DNA of 63,987 nucleotides, filler included, from Basidiobolus ranarum (taxonomy: Eukaryota): assembly GCA_040143965.1 (NCBI GenBank). It is 3 parts of 3 records of this genome, joined end to end, with 100 filler letters (N's around TTAATTAATTAA, not from the genome) between each part and the next. Parts side by side here need not be neighbours in the genome. Positions count along the whole stretch, not along the records: positions 1 to 21,614 come from JASJQH010000200.1; 2 more parts are not named here. One strand, given 5' to 3'. Under the pieces are notes generated by a model. It saw only the letters and a program-made list of their open reading frames with translations. It was not told the origin of the DNA and searched no databases. Numbering within the stretch: the first letter of the stretch is position 1; every line of letters starts with the position of its first letter. Shown here piece after piece: positions 1-13,300 of this stretch. The position numbers and the translations under genes were made by a program.

Positions 1-508
1 CAGGCTTACCAAGGTTAGCTTGGTCGGTTTCCTTCATCTTGGTCAAGATCATACTGGAGATTTCTTCAGGAGTGAAGGTCTTCTCTTCACCCTTGACTTG
101 AACTTGGATAACTGGCTTACCATCTTTGTCGATAACGTTGAAGGGGAAGTGCTTGAGATCACTTTGAACATCCTTGTCGTTGAAACGACGACCGATAAGA
201 CGCTTAGCATCGAAGATAGTGTTGGTAGGGTTAGCGGGGGCTTGGTTCTTGGCAGAGTCACCGATCAAACGTTCTTCATCAGTGAAAGCGACATAGGATG
301 GGGTAATACGGTGACCTTGGTCGTTGGCGATAATTTCAACACGACCATTCTTACGAACGGCAACACAGGAGTAAGTAGTTCCCAAATCGATACCGATTAC
401 TGAGCCCAAGTTTTGCTGAGCCTCATCCTCAGCAGCGAATGCCACATTAGAGGCAAGGAAGATAGTAAGAAATAGGGTGAATAACCCAAGAATAGAACGC
501 TTAATCAT
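1..508 (-). CDS. KAR2: ER Hsp70 chaperone BiP, 5' part (runs off window start)
   Basis: Minus strand from ATG 508 reads [49 protein letters not shown]...[21 protein letters not shown]...[17 protein letters not shown]: signal peptide plus Hsp70 signature IDLGTTYS. Confidence 0.95.
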   Translation of the reverse strand, partial: MIKRSILGLFTLFLTIFLASNVAFAAEDEAQQNLGSVIGIDLGTTYSCVAVRKNGRVEIIANDQGHRITPSYVAFTDEERLIGDSAKNQAPANPTNTIFDAKRLIGRRFNDKDVQSDLKHFPFNVIDKDGKPVIQVQVKGEEKTFTPEEISSMILTKMKETDQANLGKP

Positions 509-1345
509 TGTTCTTTTGAACGATTTGCACTTCAAGGCAAGAATCCTAAGAGACTAGAAGGGAAATAGAAAAAGGAACAAGTGTTGTTGTAACTGAAGCT
601 CGGCAATTACCATTTTAAATAAGTAACCTGACGGGACAGCAGGGTCCAAATATTGAGAATTTCTATGACGCACCGGGTGTTGTCACGTTCTGATTGGATA
701 CATGGCTCGAAATTATTAAGAAATAATATCTCACCACCGAGCAATATTGATCTGTGTCACTTGCTAGAATTTTCAAGAAAGGAAAGTTAAAAGTAACGAA
801 TGGAAAGATGAAACGATCCATCGCATCACTCATGGCTAATTAATGACAAGTGGTGATCCACTCAACTCTTCAGATGCGTAGACTGTGATAATTGGACTAA
901 CTATAAGATTTCTCTAAACACACATTCTGATTGTCGAAATTCAGCCAATCAAACAAAAACCACAACAAAGAAATCCATGTGACGCAGTAGTTGTCAGAAA
1001 TGGTGAATATTGGGTTTTGTGGAGAGTATGGATAAATGCCTTCAATAACTACTATTGCTAAGTATTTTGGGTGGATCGGCTTTCATGCAATAGTAGTTTG
1101 TTCACGTGCTTATTCTTTTAATATACATAGTGTTTAGTTTAATCAACATTTAGTTGCTATGTTCATTTAACTGCTTATTTGGCTGAATGCACCAACGCAA
1201 TCAATGAACAAAAGAAAACAAATTACCAATCAAATGAATTTTTGAGGTTACGACGTTGTAAGAAATTATTGAAGTTAGCTCTTCTAAGCCATTAAGCATT
1301 ATCTTCTCATACCTCTGATAGTTTTCCCAATCTTGACCTTGAGAA

Positions 1346-4300
1346 ATGGTCGCTGCAGAACCTTGCTATACCGTTATTTGTACAGATGATACAACTGATC
1401 AGTTGTCCATTCAAGAATTCAAAAGTGCTTTTGAAAAAGGCTCAGATGAAGTAAAAATTGAGACGATGAGAAAGTTACTCATTACTATGTTGAATGGGGA
1501 CCCTTGTAGCCAAATCCTCATGCATGTAATCCGTTTCGTCATGCCCTCAAAGAACAAAGCTCTTAAAAAGCTTTTGCATTTCTATTGGGAAATCTGCCCC
1601 AAAACAAACCCCGACGGAAAACTTAAGCAAGAGATGCTTCTTGTTTGGTAATTTATCATCTGTCTCAATTTAAGAATATAGAATGCGTTAATAACTCATT
1701 GCTTTGCAGTAATGCTCTCAGAAGCGATCTTCAACATCCTAATGAATATATTCGAGGTGCCACATTGAGAATTGTTTCTAAATTACGCGAGCCTGAACTT
1801 CTGGAGCCACTTTTGCCATGCTGTAGAAGCTGTTTGGTATATACATATTAATACTACAAGAATTGACACAAGTTAGAGTATTCATCTCCGATTTTATCAA
1901 ATAGGAACATCGTCACTCGTATGTTAGAAAGAATGCTGTATTCGCCATATACAGTATTTACAAATACTGCGACTATTTGATTCCTGATGCTCCTGAGCTT
2001 ATTCAAACTTTCCTTATTGCGGTATATATTTCTATATGCTTTGTAATGATAAGCATTCGCTGAGTCGACTCAATTTTTAGGAAGCTGATATGACATGCAA
2101 ACGTAATGCATTTGTTATGTTATGTAATACGCAACAAGCTAGAGCGGTTGATTATTTGAAGCAGGTTTACAATCAAATTCAAAGTTTTGATGAGCCACTA
2201 CAGCTAGCTATTATCGAACTAATCCGTAAAGACTGCCGTAATAATACTGCTGAAAAGGTATCTAATTGTGTTTTACAATTTAATACTTCTTGGTGTACTA
2301 AGATTATCTCTTTGAAATACAAAGGCCCGATACATTAAATGCATCTTTGAGTTGCTCAATGCTTCTTCCCATACTGTCAAATATGAAGCTGCAACCACTC
2401 TTATGGCTCTTACCCATAACCCTGTCGCGGTGAAAGGTACGGATTAGTATTTTCTTGAAATATTAACACAATAGTAATTCAAGTTCTGTTTAGCTGTTGC
2501 TTCTTGCTACATCGAGCTTATCGCCAAGGAGGCCGATAATAATATTAAATTAATTGTGTTGGATCGTTTAGACGATTTACGTAAAAAACATGACCGTATG
2601 CTGGATGACTTGGTCATGGATATTTTGAGAGTGCTCACCAGGTATATTGTTTTCTTTACACAAAACACCATATACTCGATATTGATCAATTTAATCCAGC
2701 CCAGACATAGATGTTCGTCGTAAAGCATTAGGGATTGCTCTTGAGATGGTATCTGCTCGTAATGTTGTCGAAGTTGTTTCTTTCCTTAAGAAAGAGCTTC
2801 TTAAGACTCAAGATCAGGACTATGAAAAGGTAGAAATCAATCTACTTTTCCTGTAACGTTTGTTAGTGGAGTACTTACTTTTGTTTGATGGACCTGTAGA
2901 ATACCGAGTATCGTCAGCTTATGATCCAAGCTATCCATACCTGTGCCATTCGCTTCTCGGAAGTTGCCTCTGATGTTGTTCACGTTTTGATGGAATTCTT
3001 ATATGATGCTAACAACAGTGCTGCTGTTGATGTTTTGGCATTCGTACGGTATGCTATCCAGCCCAAGTGATTACCCAGAAACGATATTAATTATTTCATA
3101 CATAGTGAGGTTATTGAGAAGATTCCCTCTTTGAGAACCAGTATTACTGGAAAGTTGCTAGAAATTTTCCTTGATATGAAATCTAGCAAAGCTATCAGAG
3201 GAGCCTTATGGATTATCGGAGAGTATTCCGAGGATGCAGTTGGTACGTCAGCTTATTTATTTTTTATTGGAAAATCTGTTCTAATGGCTGGTTTAGGCGT
3301 TCAGGAGGCTTGGAAACAAATCAGAGAGGGTTTAGGTGAGCTACCTATTTTGGCATCAGAACAGGTAAAGAGTATTCCTAAGGTGTGTTTATTTTTGGCT
3401 TCATTTCTCACAAAAGTTTACAGAGTATGCTCGAACAAGCTCAAAGAGAAGAGGACTCCTCAGAGTCGGCACATGATACCAAACAGCCTGCTGTCAGCTC
3501 CTCTCGCCGAGTTTTGGCCGATGGAACATATGCTTCTGAAAGCGCGTTGACCTCAGATTCCAAAACTTCTTCCAAGATTGAGGCCATCAAATCAGCTGAT
3601 AAGCCACCTCTCAGAGGTAAATCCAAGTATATACTTAATGCCGCTTGAACACTATATAACTCTTTTAAATTTGAAACATAGCTCAAATTTTGGGAGGTGA
3701 CTTTTTCTTGGGCGCAGTGCTATCTTCCACATTGACCAAACTTGTTTATAAATACTTTGATCTGTGCGATGATGAAAGAAAGAAAAACACTCTTCGTGCC
3801 GAGGTACTATCAATATGCTCTAACTTCTTTGTACAGCGGTTAACATTTGAATCTAGGCAATGCTTATCATGACGGGCATTATTCGAGTTGGTCAATCCCA
3901 ATTCCCTCCTGCCCCTATTGATGAAGACTCTTATGATCGTATTATGTCATGCATCAAGTCACTTGCGGGATTACCCGCCGATAATGTCATGAAGAACATC
4001 TTTACCGTCGACTGTAAAGCTGCCTTTACCAACATGGTAGAAGTTCAAGAGGTAAACATACGAATATCAAATGCAAAACAAGTGGATACTATAGTCTAAA
4101 CTTATCGATTTGTAGCAAAAGAATGCTGCTAAGAACTCAGAAAATAAGAAGACCACCAAGGTACAAGTTGATGATGCTATTACCTTCCGTCAATTCTCCA
4201 AGAAGAATGCTGCTGATGATGGCGACGAGGTTTGTATTCCTTATTGCTGCATAGCTTATCCATCACCTATTTAATCGACTCTTTCAGTTTGAACTTGATT

Positions 4301-5575
4301 TGACACGTGCCACTGGAGAAGGATATGGACGTGATGATCTTATGTCACAGCTCAATCGTGTCGTCCAGTTAACTGGTAAATGCCTGAATCATCTTCTAGT
4401 ATATATTTGAATGTGTTGTTAAAGTAATTATCTAGGTTTCTCGGATCCTGTTTATGCGGAAGCTTATGTAACGGTTAATCAATACGATGTTTTACTCGGT
4501 AAAAATCTACAAGCACCACCAAATACTTGTATGGAAAATATACTTAAACTCTTTGTATAGACGTATTGGTTATCAACCAAACTAGTGAAACCCTTCAAAA
4601 CTTAACTGTTGAGTTCTCTACTCTTGGTGATTTGAGACTAGTAGAGAAGCCTGGCCAATATACCGTTGGCCCTCACAGTTTCCATAGCATCAAGGCCAAC
4701 ATTAAGGTGAGGAGTGATTTCGCATATCTCTCTCTTTGTGCCTGTGACTTATTTGACGTTAATTATTTCAGGTTTCTTCTACTGAAACTGGTGTCATCTT
4801 TGGTAATATCATCTATGATGGACCTGGGGCTTCTGGAAGCCATTGTATCATTCTCAATGACATTCGCATTGATATCATGGATTATATTAACCCTGCTACT
4901 TGTACCGAAACTCAGGTATTTTTCATTCATTCTTCTGGAATATTTCGGGAATATACTGACGTTAGAGTCTTTAGTTCCGTAACATGTGGACCGAGTTCGA
5001 ATGGGAAAACAAGGTCAATCTTAGTACCACTGCTGGGTATGTTATTTTAATGCACCAATGTCACCATTTGATCATTTGCTTACCAACAAGATATAGTGAT
5101 TTGAAGGCCTTCCTCGACCATATTCTCAAGTCTACCAACATGGCATGTCTTACACCGGATAGTGTTCTTTCAGGCGAATGCGGCTTCTTGTCTGCCAATT
5201 TATATGCCAAGAGCATTTTTGGTAAACTCAACATATTGTGTGCTCTAAATGTGTACGAAAGCTTACTCATTTTTTGAACAAATTAGGTGAGGACGCTATT
5301 GCCAACTTAAGTATAGAACAACACAAGGAAGGACAAATCACTGGACATATCCGTATCCGTAGTAAAACTCAAGGGATTGCTTTAAGTCTTGGTACATATG
5401 CTTGATATTTCTGACAGTATATTAATTGATCTTTACTAACTCGAGAAATATTTGACGGTCTTTCCTTTACAGGGGATAAAATCGCTATGAGTAAGTAACA
5501 ACTTCCGATCAGAGTATTTAGTTTCAAGCAATCTTATTCTGACCATTTTCTCTCGAATCAGCTCAAAAAGCTTGA
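1346..5575 (+). CDS. SEC26: Coatomer subunit beta (beta-COP), about 23 exons
   Basis: Exons joined by ~22 short GT-AG introns give [81 protein letters not shown]; last exons 5473-5490 and 5562-5575 end GDKIAMTQKA*. Confidence 0.96.
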
Positions 5576-6089
5576 AGTCATGAGATGCTTGCTTTATACA
5601 GATTCGATATACTATTCTCTTCCAAAGCTATCATTTTACAATCACTCTTATGGACCCCTCTTTTCTATGTTCTGTCACTGAAAACTTAATAAAAACATTT
5701 ATGACGTGCTTGGTAACCAACGTACTATTCAGCAAAGCGGGGTCAAGGTACACTTGGTGAATGTACCTAAAGAGCTGGCAAGTTTGAATCAATGAACTCA
5801 AATTGGCACTACATAATCACTAGACCACACCCAAGTTACACATATAAGGCCCAAAACTTTAAAGACTCTTGATTGACGTAGAGGTTTCGTAATTTCCATT
5901 TATGAATAAAATAACCCAATTTCAAAGAGTCGACACCATATATGATGAGATTGCAATGATCCTATGATCAGTCAAAATCAACGTCATAAAATTGAAAACC
6001 AAATGAACTTTCTCCACTCAATTTCCCGTTAACGATTTTTTCGAAACCACTCGTTCTTTCAACGACCATATTGAAAGAACTTTACTACC

Positions 6090-8950
6090 ATGTCACGTCA
6101 TAGAAATGTTCGCAACCTAGATATTCATGGTGATTTTTTTATCAAGTTTTCTTAGGAAGTATTAGAACTAAAAGGAACTGATTTTACTTTCGAATTTAGC
6201 TGTTCTTGATGAAGACGATTATGATTCTTATGAAGAGTATGAAGAATATGGGAACGAAGAAGACGAGCAAGGTACACCATGGAACCTCCCATGATTTATC
6301 TCTTTGAATCCGTCACTTCGAAGTTATTAACCAAGTATGGTTTACTTTTTACTTTGTATGACTTTAGAGGAACTTGATAAAGCTGTTGATCGCGTAAGAG
6401 AGATCTTGGGTGATGATAGTATACCTAGAAAAGATATTGAAGAATCCTTGTGGCATTATTATCTTGATGTTGATAAAACGGTGACTTGGTTTTTAGGTAA
6501 TAAGGAGATATGGAACTGGTTTAATAAGTTCTTTAAGAATCATTGTCTCACTAATTTTTAAAGATTCTGCAGAGAAAGAGAAGAAGAAGCAACAGGAAGC
6601 AAAGGAGAAGGCTATAGGTTCTTTTTTCTTACTGTGTATATAACTTTCGAGGCAACATAATGTATTAATTCATGTTCATTCGATAATATAGCCCAAAAAG
6701 CTAAGCTCCAAGAACAAGAATCTAAGAAAATTAATAAATCAAAAGAGATCGAGGAGATTGTGGAAGTTGAGGAGGATGTTAACGAGCATCTTAGGTTTGA
6801 TCTGGATGCTTTAAACTTCAAAGGAAACGTACCAGATGCTCCTGTCCCTACAGTCAGATATAAAGTAAAGTCGGAAGGTGAAACTAAGGCTCCAGTTAAA
6901 CCTGTAAAACTGGCTAGCCGTATTAATGTCGAAGAAGAATTCCGGAAGCGCGAGGCTGACAAGGTCGGCCTCAATTTGGTGGTCATTGGTAGACTATTCT
7001 CTAATTTGAATTATACTTGATAGAAACTAACATGAAATTAATAGGACATGTTGATGCTGGTAAGAGTACTCTCATGGGACATCTTTTGTATTTACTTGGT
7101 GAAGTAAACGACCGTACTATGAAAAAATATCCTTTTTCATTCCATTTATGCGCGTGAATTTATTATCGGGATCTTTTCATCTTTAACTCTTTCTAACGTT
7201 TGAGAGAGAGTCACAAAAAATTGGTAAATCCTCGTTTGCATATGCATGGGTTCTGGACGCTACAGATGAAGAGCGTAGCAGGTAATATCAGATACACTAG
7301 CTTTGACTGGTCTGAGAGCTCATTTATTGACGAATTTTGTTTAAAGAGGTGTTACTATGGATGTGGCCATTACGAAATTCGAAAGTCCCAATCGTAAATT
7401 CACTTTGTTGGATGCCCCTGGACATCGTGATTTCGTACCCAACATGATCTCCGGTGCCGCTCAAGTAAGTATTGAAGACAAGTCCTCTTATGACTCTTCT
7501 CTAAATTGTAACTGACTTTGCTAGGCTGATGTTGCTATCCTCGTTGTCGATGCTTCGACCGGAGAATTTGAGTCAGGTTTCATTGCTGACGGACAAACTA
7601 AAGAGCACGCCTTACTGGTTCGCAGTTTAGGTGTTCAACAGTTAGTCATAGCTGTGAACAAGCTTGATAATGTAAATCTTCATCTAATACTGAAGGAATT
7701 TCTGTACTGGTTATTAATTCCTCTTTGACACAAGGTCTATTGGTCCCAAGCAAGATTTGAGGAAATCAAAGAGCAACTAGTAGTGTTTTTAACACAGGCT
7801 GGATTCCGTAAACAAAATATCTCTTTCATCCCTGTGAGCGGACTCACTGGAGAAAACATGATCAAGCTTTCGGAAGATAATCATGAATTACGTTCATGGT
7901 ATTCGGGACCTACTCTTTTGGAGAAGATTGGTATGTCAATTTTACAGTACGTTATCTAAAATGGCTCTAATCATTTTCTGTAAAGATTCCTTTGAACCAC
8001 CTGCTCGTCCTCTTGATAAACCATTCCGACTTCCTGTCTCCGATTTCTTTAAGGGCGGGGTTGGTAGTACAAGTGGTGTTACGGTTAGTGGACGTATCGA
8101 AGGGGGAACCATCCAAATTGGTGAACAGGTTGGAATTGCTCCCATTGGGGAGTATGCAATTGTCAAAGGTAAGGCGAGAGTGCAATTAATAATCCCATCT
8201 GTTCTCTCACTAATAACATTGAATTCTCGAAGCTATTGAAAGCAATGAAGAAAGTGTTAAATGGGCAGCTGCTGGTGATACCGTCATGATTACACTAACG
8301 AATATTGACTTATTACAACTGAGGTATTGATATGTCAAAGGATTACTATGGAAACTTTCTACATGTATTGATATCGGTTTGCTATCAGTATAGGGTCTGT
8401 CCTCTGTAGTCCAACAAGCATGATCCCTGTTGCCTCAACATTCAAAGCACAAATCGTAGTATTCGACATTGCTGTTCCTATCACTATCGGATATCCAGTA
8501 CGTTCAATAATGTTCATATTGATTTAATAATTTTATGGAGCTAACATGCTATTGTTCAGGTTATTCTTCATCACCAAAGTTTAAATGAGCCAGCTGTAAT
8601 TACCAATTTAATTGAATTACTCGACAAAAGCACAGGAGAGATAGCCAAGAAGAAACCCAGGTACATTGGAAATACCAATTCAGTCGTATCCCTTAGCATC
8701 TCAATCTAACTAAATATCCCGCTTTAGATGCTTGACTAAATCTACCACAGCCACAGTCGAAATCAAAACACAGCGTCCATTATGTCTGGAGACTTATAAA
8801 GAGTTCAAAGATCTAGGCCGTGTCATGCTTAGAAAGGGGGGTGATACTATCGCAGCCGGAATTATCGTTGAGGTAAGAAGTACTCTTACGCTTCGATCTT
8901 AGCCAAGACTAACATTTGATTTGTAGATTTATCCGGAGGACCAATCGTAA
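6090..8950 (+). CDS. HBS1: HBS1 ribosome-rescue GTPase (eEF1A/eRF3-like), multi-exon
   Basis: N-terminus [12 protein letters not shown]1 N-domain ([20 protein letters not shown]), G1 [32 protein letters not shown]-terminal [18 protein letters not shown]; stop TAA 8948-8950. Confidence 0.93.
7127..7197 (+). other. U12-type (minor spliceosome) AT-AC intron in HBS1
   Basis: 5' end ATATCCTTTT, branch-like TCTTTAAC at 7180-7187, 3' end ...TTCTAAC; removal restores [22 protein letters not shown] in frame. Confidence 0.9.
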
Positions 8951-9576
8951 AAGTAATAGATAGAAATCAATCAATCAAAGAAAGTGGTTTCTTTGCAAAT
9001 ATACAATCACCTGTAAATGTACCTGTCCCGTTAATAAACATGTGATACCTTTGACCAAATTACTTTGAAGCCATCACCTCATTATTACAATATATTAGAT
9101 ACATATCAACGCTAACATGAATCTTTCGATCAAGTGGATGTGAGTACACTTCGGTACACTTCAAATAAGGTTGATTCAAGGTTGATTCGGAACTCCTTCA
9201 TTTAGCATGTTGTCTGAAATTGACGTGATCCAATCTATCCGGATATCCCTATTCTACACATCTATTCTACACATATTTCTTAATTTATGTAAATCACTGC
9301 TAACGAGGTGCATGCAGGAATTTCAAAGTCGAATAAGGTTTGCAGGAATAAAGACAGATCTACACACTAGGGGTAAGCACTAGGAGTAAACGGGATGATC
9401 ATGCAGCTGCTCTCGGGACATTCCTTGAATATTACTGAGAAGGATCTATTACATGAAAGGGAAATCCCATAGAATTCCTATCGAACTATGCATATGCTGG
9501 CCAGATGCACATAAAAGCAACTTCCCCGTCGATGCTGCCGATGGAGTCAAGTGAAGATGGAGAATTAACCACATTC

Positions 9577-9620
9577 GTAGCTACCATATCAGTCTTTAGT
9601 AGCTACCATATCAGTCTTTA
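9577..9620. repeat. Perfect 22-bp tandem duplication
   Basis: GTAGCTACCATATCAGTCTTTA x2. Confidence 0.95.
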
Positions 9621-10320
9621 GGGTTACCTTAGAACTACCTAACTTCGAAGTGTTCATGCTTGAGTGATGAATTTAGACTGCATGAACAGTAAATCCACTT
9701 GATCATGTGCTCATGTGTTGTAACACTGTTGATGGGATCCAAAGTGGCTTAGGCTCCTATTCAAACTTAAGATTTCCAATAGTTTCGATGAATGTTAGAA
9801 AGACCAGTCACAATTGCGTTTCGGTATGTAACCACACAAGGTATTAAAATATGGGAAATTCTCAAACGAGGTCAGAAGAATGCATCCAACCGATTCATCT
9901 ATTCTTTTTTGACAGAAGTTACAGGCAAATGTTCCCAATGCTCACAGTGCTTGTGATGCATGTCATTGGGAGTATAGTAAAAAGAACTGCAGTAAATACA
10001 AGAATTAAAAACGTGTATGATTCGGATAGTGTGATTCGGATAGTTCAGAATCATTTGTTGAATGAGTGAAGGGACAGTGGATTTGTATTAAGGATTCATT
10101 ACAAATTGGACGTTGTTTGTTACAAACACTATATAAATTCGTTCCTTATCCGGCACAAAGAGTTTACTTCATTATCTCTCAATTTCATTTCTTTACCCAA
10201 CTTGGCTGTAACATGTATTGTTGGTTATTTGATTTATAGTCTTTTTTCTAATAAAACCTACTCAACCTTCTTATTTACTTGAAACGCTACCCTTCTTGTT
10301 CTTCCCAGTAGACTATCAAA

Positions 10321-13300
10321 ATGACTCAAGAAACTATCTCCTTAAATGTACACGGTATGACTTGCCAATCCTGTGTTAAAGCGATCAACACAGCCTTGGA
10401 GCCGTTGGGGGGTGTTGTTCAGGTGAAAGTAAGTCTTGAGAATAACACAGTAGAAATAGGGTTTGAACCTCAACTCATCGAAGTCAAAGTGCTCGTAGAA
10501 GCAATAGAAAACTGTGGTTTTCTCGTCTCTCTCCCCTCACAACTCTCCTTAATAAGTAAAAGCACCACCATCGAGCTAGATATCAAAGGAATGACCTGTC
10601 AGTCTTGCGTTAAAGCTATCGAAAGTGTACTTTTACCAAATCCTGGAGTCATAGATCTCAGGGTCAGTCTTGAACAGAACAACGCTACTGTCACGTTCGA
10701 AGAAGATGTCATCGCCTTAAAAGAAATAGTGAGCACCATCGAAGACTGTGGGTTTGAAGTTAAATCTCCTTTAGAATTGGTAGGACCCACTCCTATGGAA
10801 ACATGTGTAATCCCTGTTGAAGGAATGACTTGTCAATCTTGTGTTCGTGCTATTGAGCAGGCATTAAAGCCACTCGATGGTGTCGATTCAGTGAGCGTTG
10901 ATCTTGACGCCAAGCAAGCCACCGTAGTATACGATCAAGCAGTCATCAATAAGCAATTCATTATTGGCACTATTGAGGATTGCGGATTTGAAGTCCCCAC
11001 CGGACCGATCAAAAAAGTCAAGGACAGTCAGATAGATCGTGCTATGGCACTATTGGAAGAGTTCCCTTCAATCGCCTATGACAAGAATATCGACCCAGCC
11101 GACATGATTCCATTGATAAGCATTAGATCCCATCAATTCGATCAAGAATCAGTTGTTGCTGGATCCGTGTCTGTTCATGGAATGTCTTGTGCTTCATGCG
11201 TCGCTAATATCGAACGAACATCAATGGGCCACCATGGAATCGTATCAATTACCGTGTCTCTGCTTTCCGAGCGAGCTGATGTACAGTATGACTCTAACGT
11301 CATTAGCCTCGACGAGATCGCAAATATCATTTCCGCCATAGGGTTTGAAGCCGCTCCAATTGAAATGAATCGTCAAGGAGATGTAACGCTGAAGATCTTT
11401 GGTATGACCTGTGCTTCATGTGTGAATAGCATTGAAAAGGAGATCAGCAAAATGCCAGGAGTTTCCAGTATTTCCGTCAATCTTGCGCTTGAAAGCGCGC
11501 ATATTTTGTTTGATTCGGAGATCACTGGAATTAGAAATATTGTGAATAGAATCCATGAGATAGGCTTCGATGCGTTACTTTCGGATTTCAATTCCAATGC
11601 ACAATTAGAATCCTTAGAGAAAACCAGGGAAATTCAAGAATGGAAGCGAGCTTTTTACCGCGCCCTGTTCTTTACATTACCGGTACTGGCCATTCACAAA
11701 TTCTTCCCCTACTTTTCCTGGGGTCGTTCATTCATCCATTACAATCTGCTGCCTGGGTTACCTTTGGGAGATCTTATCCAAATGATACTCACTATCCCAG
11801 TTCAATTCGGGGTTGGGAACCGATTTTATATCTCAGCGTATAAGGCGATTGCTCATGGTAACCCCACCATGGATGTTTTGGTGATACTTGGTACTAGCTC
11901 TGCCTTCTTCTTCTCCTTGCTCTCTCTCATCATCTCCATTCTACATCCAAAACACCCTCAACCCTCGACATTCTTCGAAGCATCAGCTATGCTCATAACA
12001 TTTGTCACTTTGGGCAGATATTTGGAAAACAAAGCGAAGAGCAAAACCTCCACCGCACTCTCGAAGCTTATTTCGTTAACCCCTTCGACTGCTGTATTAT
12101 TGGAGCATGATGATGATGGCCATGTTATCCAGGAAAAGAAAATCTCCACTGATCTTGTCCAAAAAGGGGATATCTTAAAGATTTTCCCTGGTGAAAAGGT
12201 TCCAGCCGATGGTACAGTAAAAAGTGGCTCTAGTTCAGTAGATGAGTCTATGGTAACTGGCGAACCAATACCCATTTCAAAAAAGCCTGGTGATAGTGTC
12301 ATCGGAGGTACTGTTAACGGAATGGGTTCATTTACGATGGAGGCAACACGAGTCGGAAGTGAGACTGCTCTTTCTCAGATCGTCAAGCTAGTGGAAGAAG
12401 CTCAAACGAAAAAGGCACCAATCCAAGCGATGGCCGACACGATAGCTGGCTACTTTGTCCCAACTGTTATTGCCCTCGGACTTGGAACGTTCTTCGTTTG
12501 GTTGACCATTTGTTATACAACTGAACACCTTCCTCAGATGTTCTACGAAGATAGTAGTTTCGTCTTTGTGTGTCTGAAATTGTGCATCTCCGTCATCGTA
12601 GTTGCTTGTCCATGTGCACTAGGATTGAGTGTACCAACGGCAGTGATGGTTGGTACTGGGGTTGGTGCCCAACACGGGATTCTTATCAAAGGAGGAGAGC
12701 CCCTGGAAACCGCTCATAAGATAACCAAGTTGGTATTTGACAAGACTGGGACATTAACAATGGGAAAACTTGGAGTTACTCATTTCGAAATCTCCCCTTT
12801 CGCCGCCCATCTTTCCTCTGATAAGTTTTGGAGGTTAATCACAGCGGTGGAAAGTAATAGTGAACACCCATTGGGTCGTGCAATTGTCCTTTATACGGAA
12901 CAACAGATGAATCTTGATCTATCTGATATTGATATCGCTGATTTTGAAGCGGCCCCTGGATTGGGTGTTGTCTGTCGAGCTACAATAGCAGAATCTACCA
13001 CCGAAGTGGTCATTGGAAATGAGAAATTGTTATTACAGAAACAATGCGATATTCCTGGAGACCTTTCGGAGGTCATCAAATCCCATAGACGCAAAGGCAA
13101 CGTTGTTATCTTGATCTCTTTGGACTCTAACTTCGCAGGATTCATATGTCTCTCGGATGTGATAAGGCCTGAAGCAAGGCGTGCTATCAAAGCTTTAGAT
13201 AAGATGGGAATCAGTTGTGCAATGGTTACCGGTGATCAAGAACTGACTGCACAAGCCATAGCTGCTGAATGTGGTATTACTGAAATTCACGCTGGTGTTT

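Noticed and set aside
10-30. BiP reads [10 protein letters not shown] instead of the conserved KETAEAYLGK
   Set aside because: Three single-base deviations in the first 25 nt of the window; probably low-quality end sequence and untestable without reads
20-403. 127-aa plus-strand ORF
   Set aside because: Antisense shadow of BiP; long antisense ORFs opposite Hsp70 genes are a known codon-bias effect
6497-7044. Ski7-like alternative exon of HBS1
   Set aside because: Introns in the linker region are only ~55-75 nt and I see no Ski7-type exosome-binding motif
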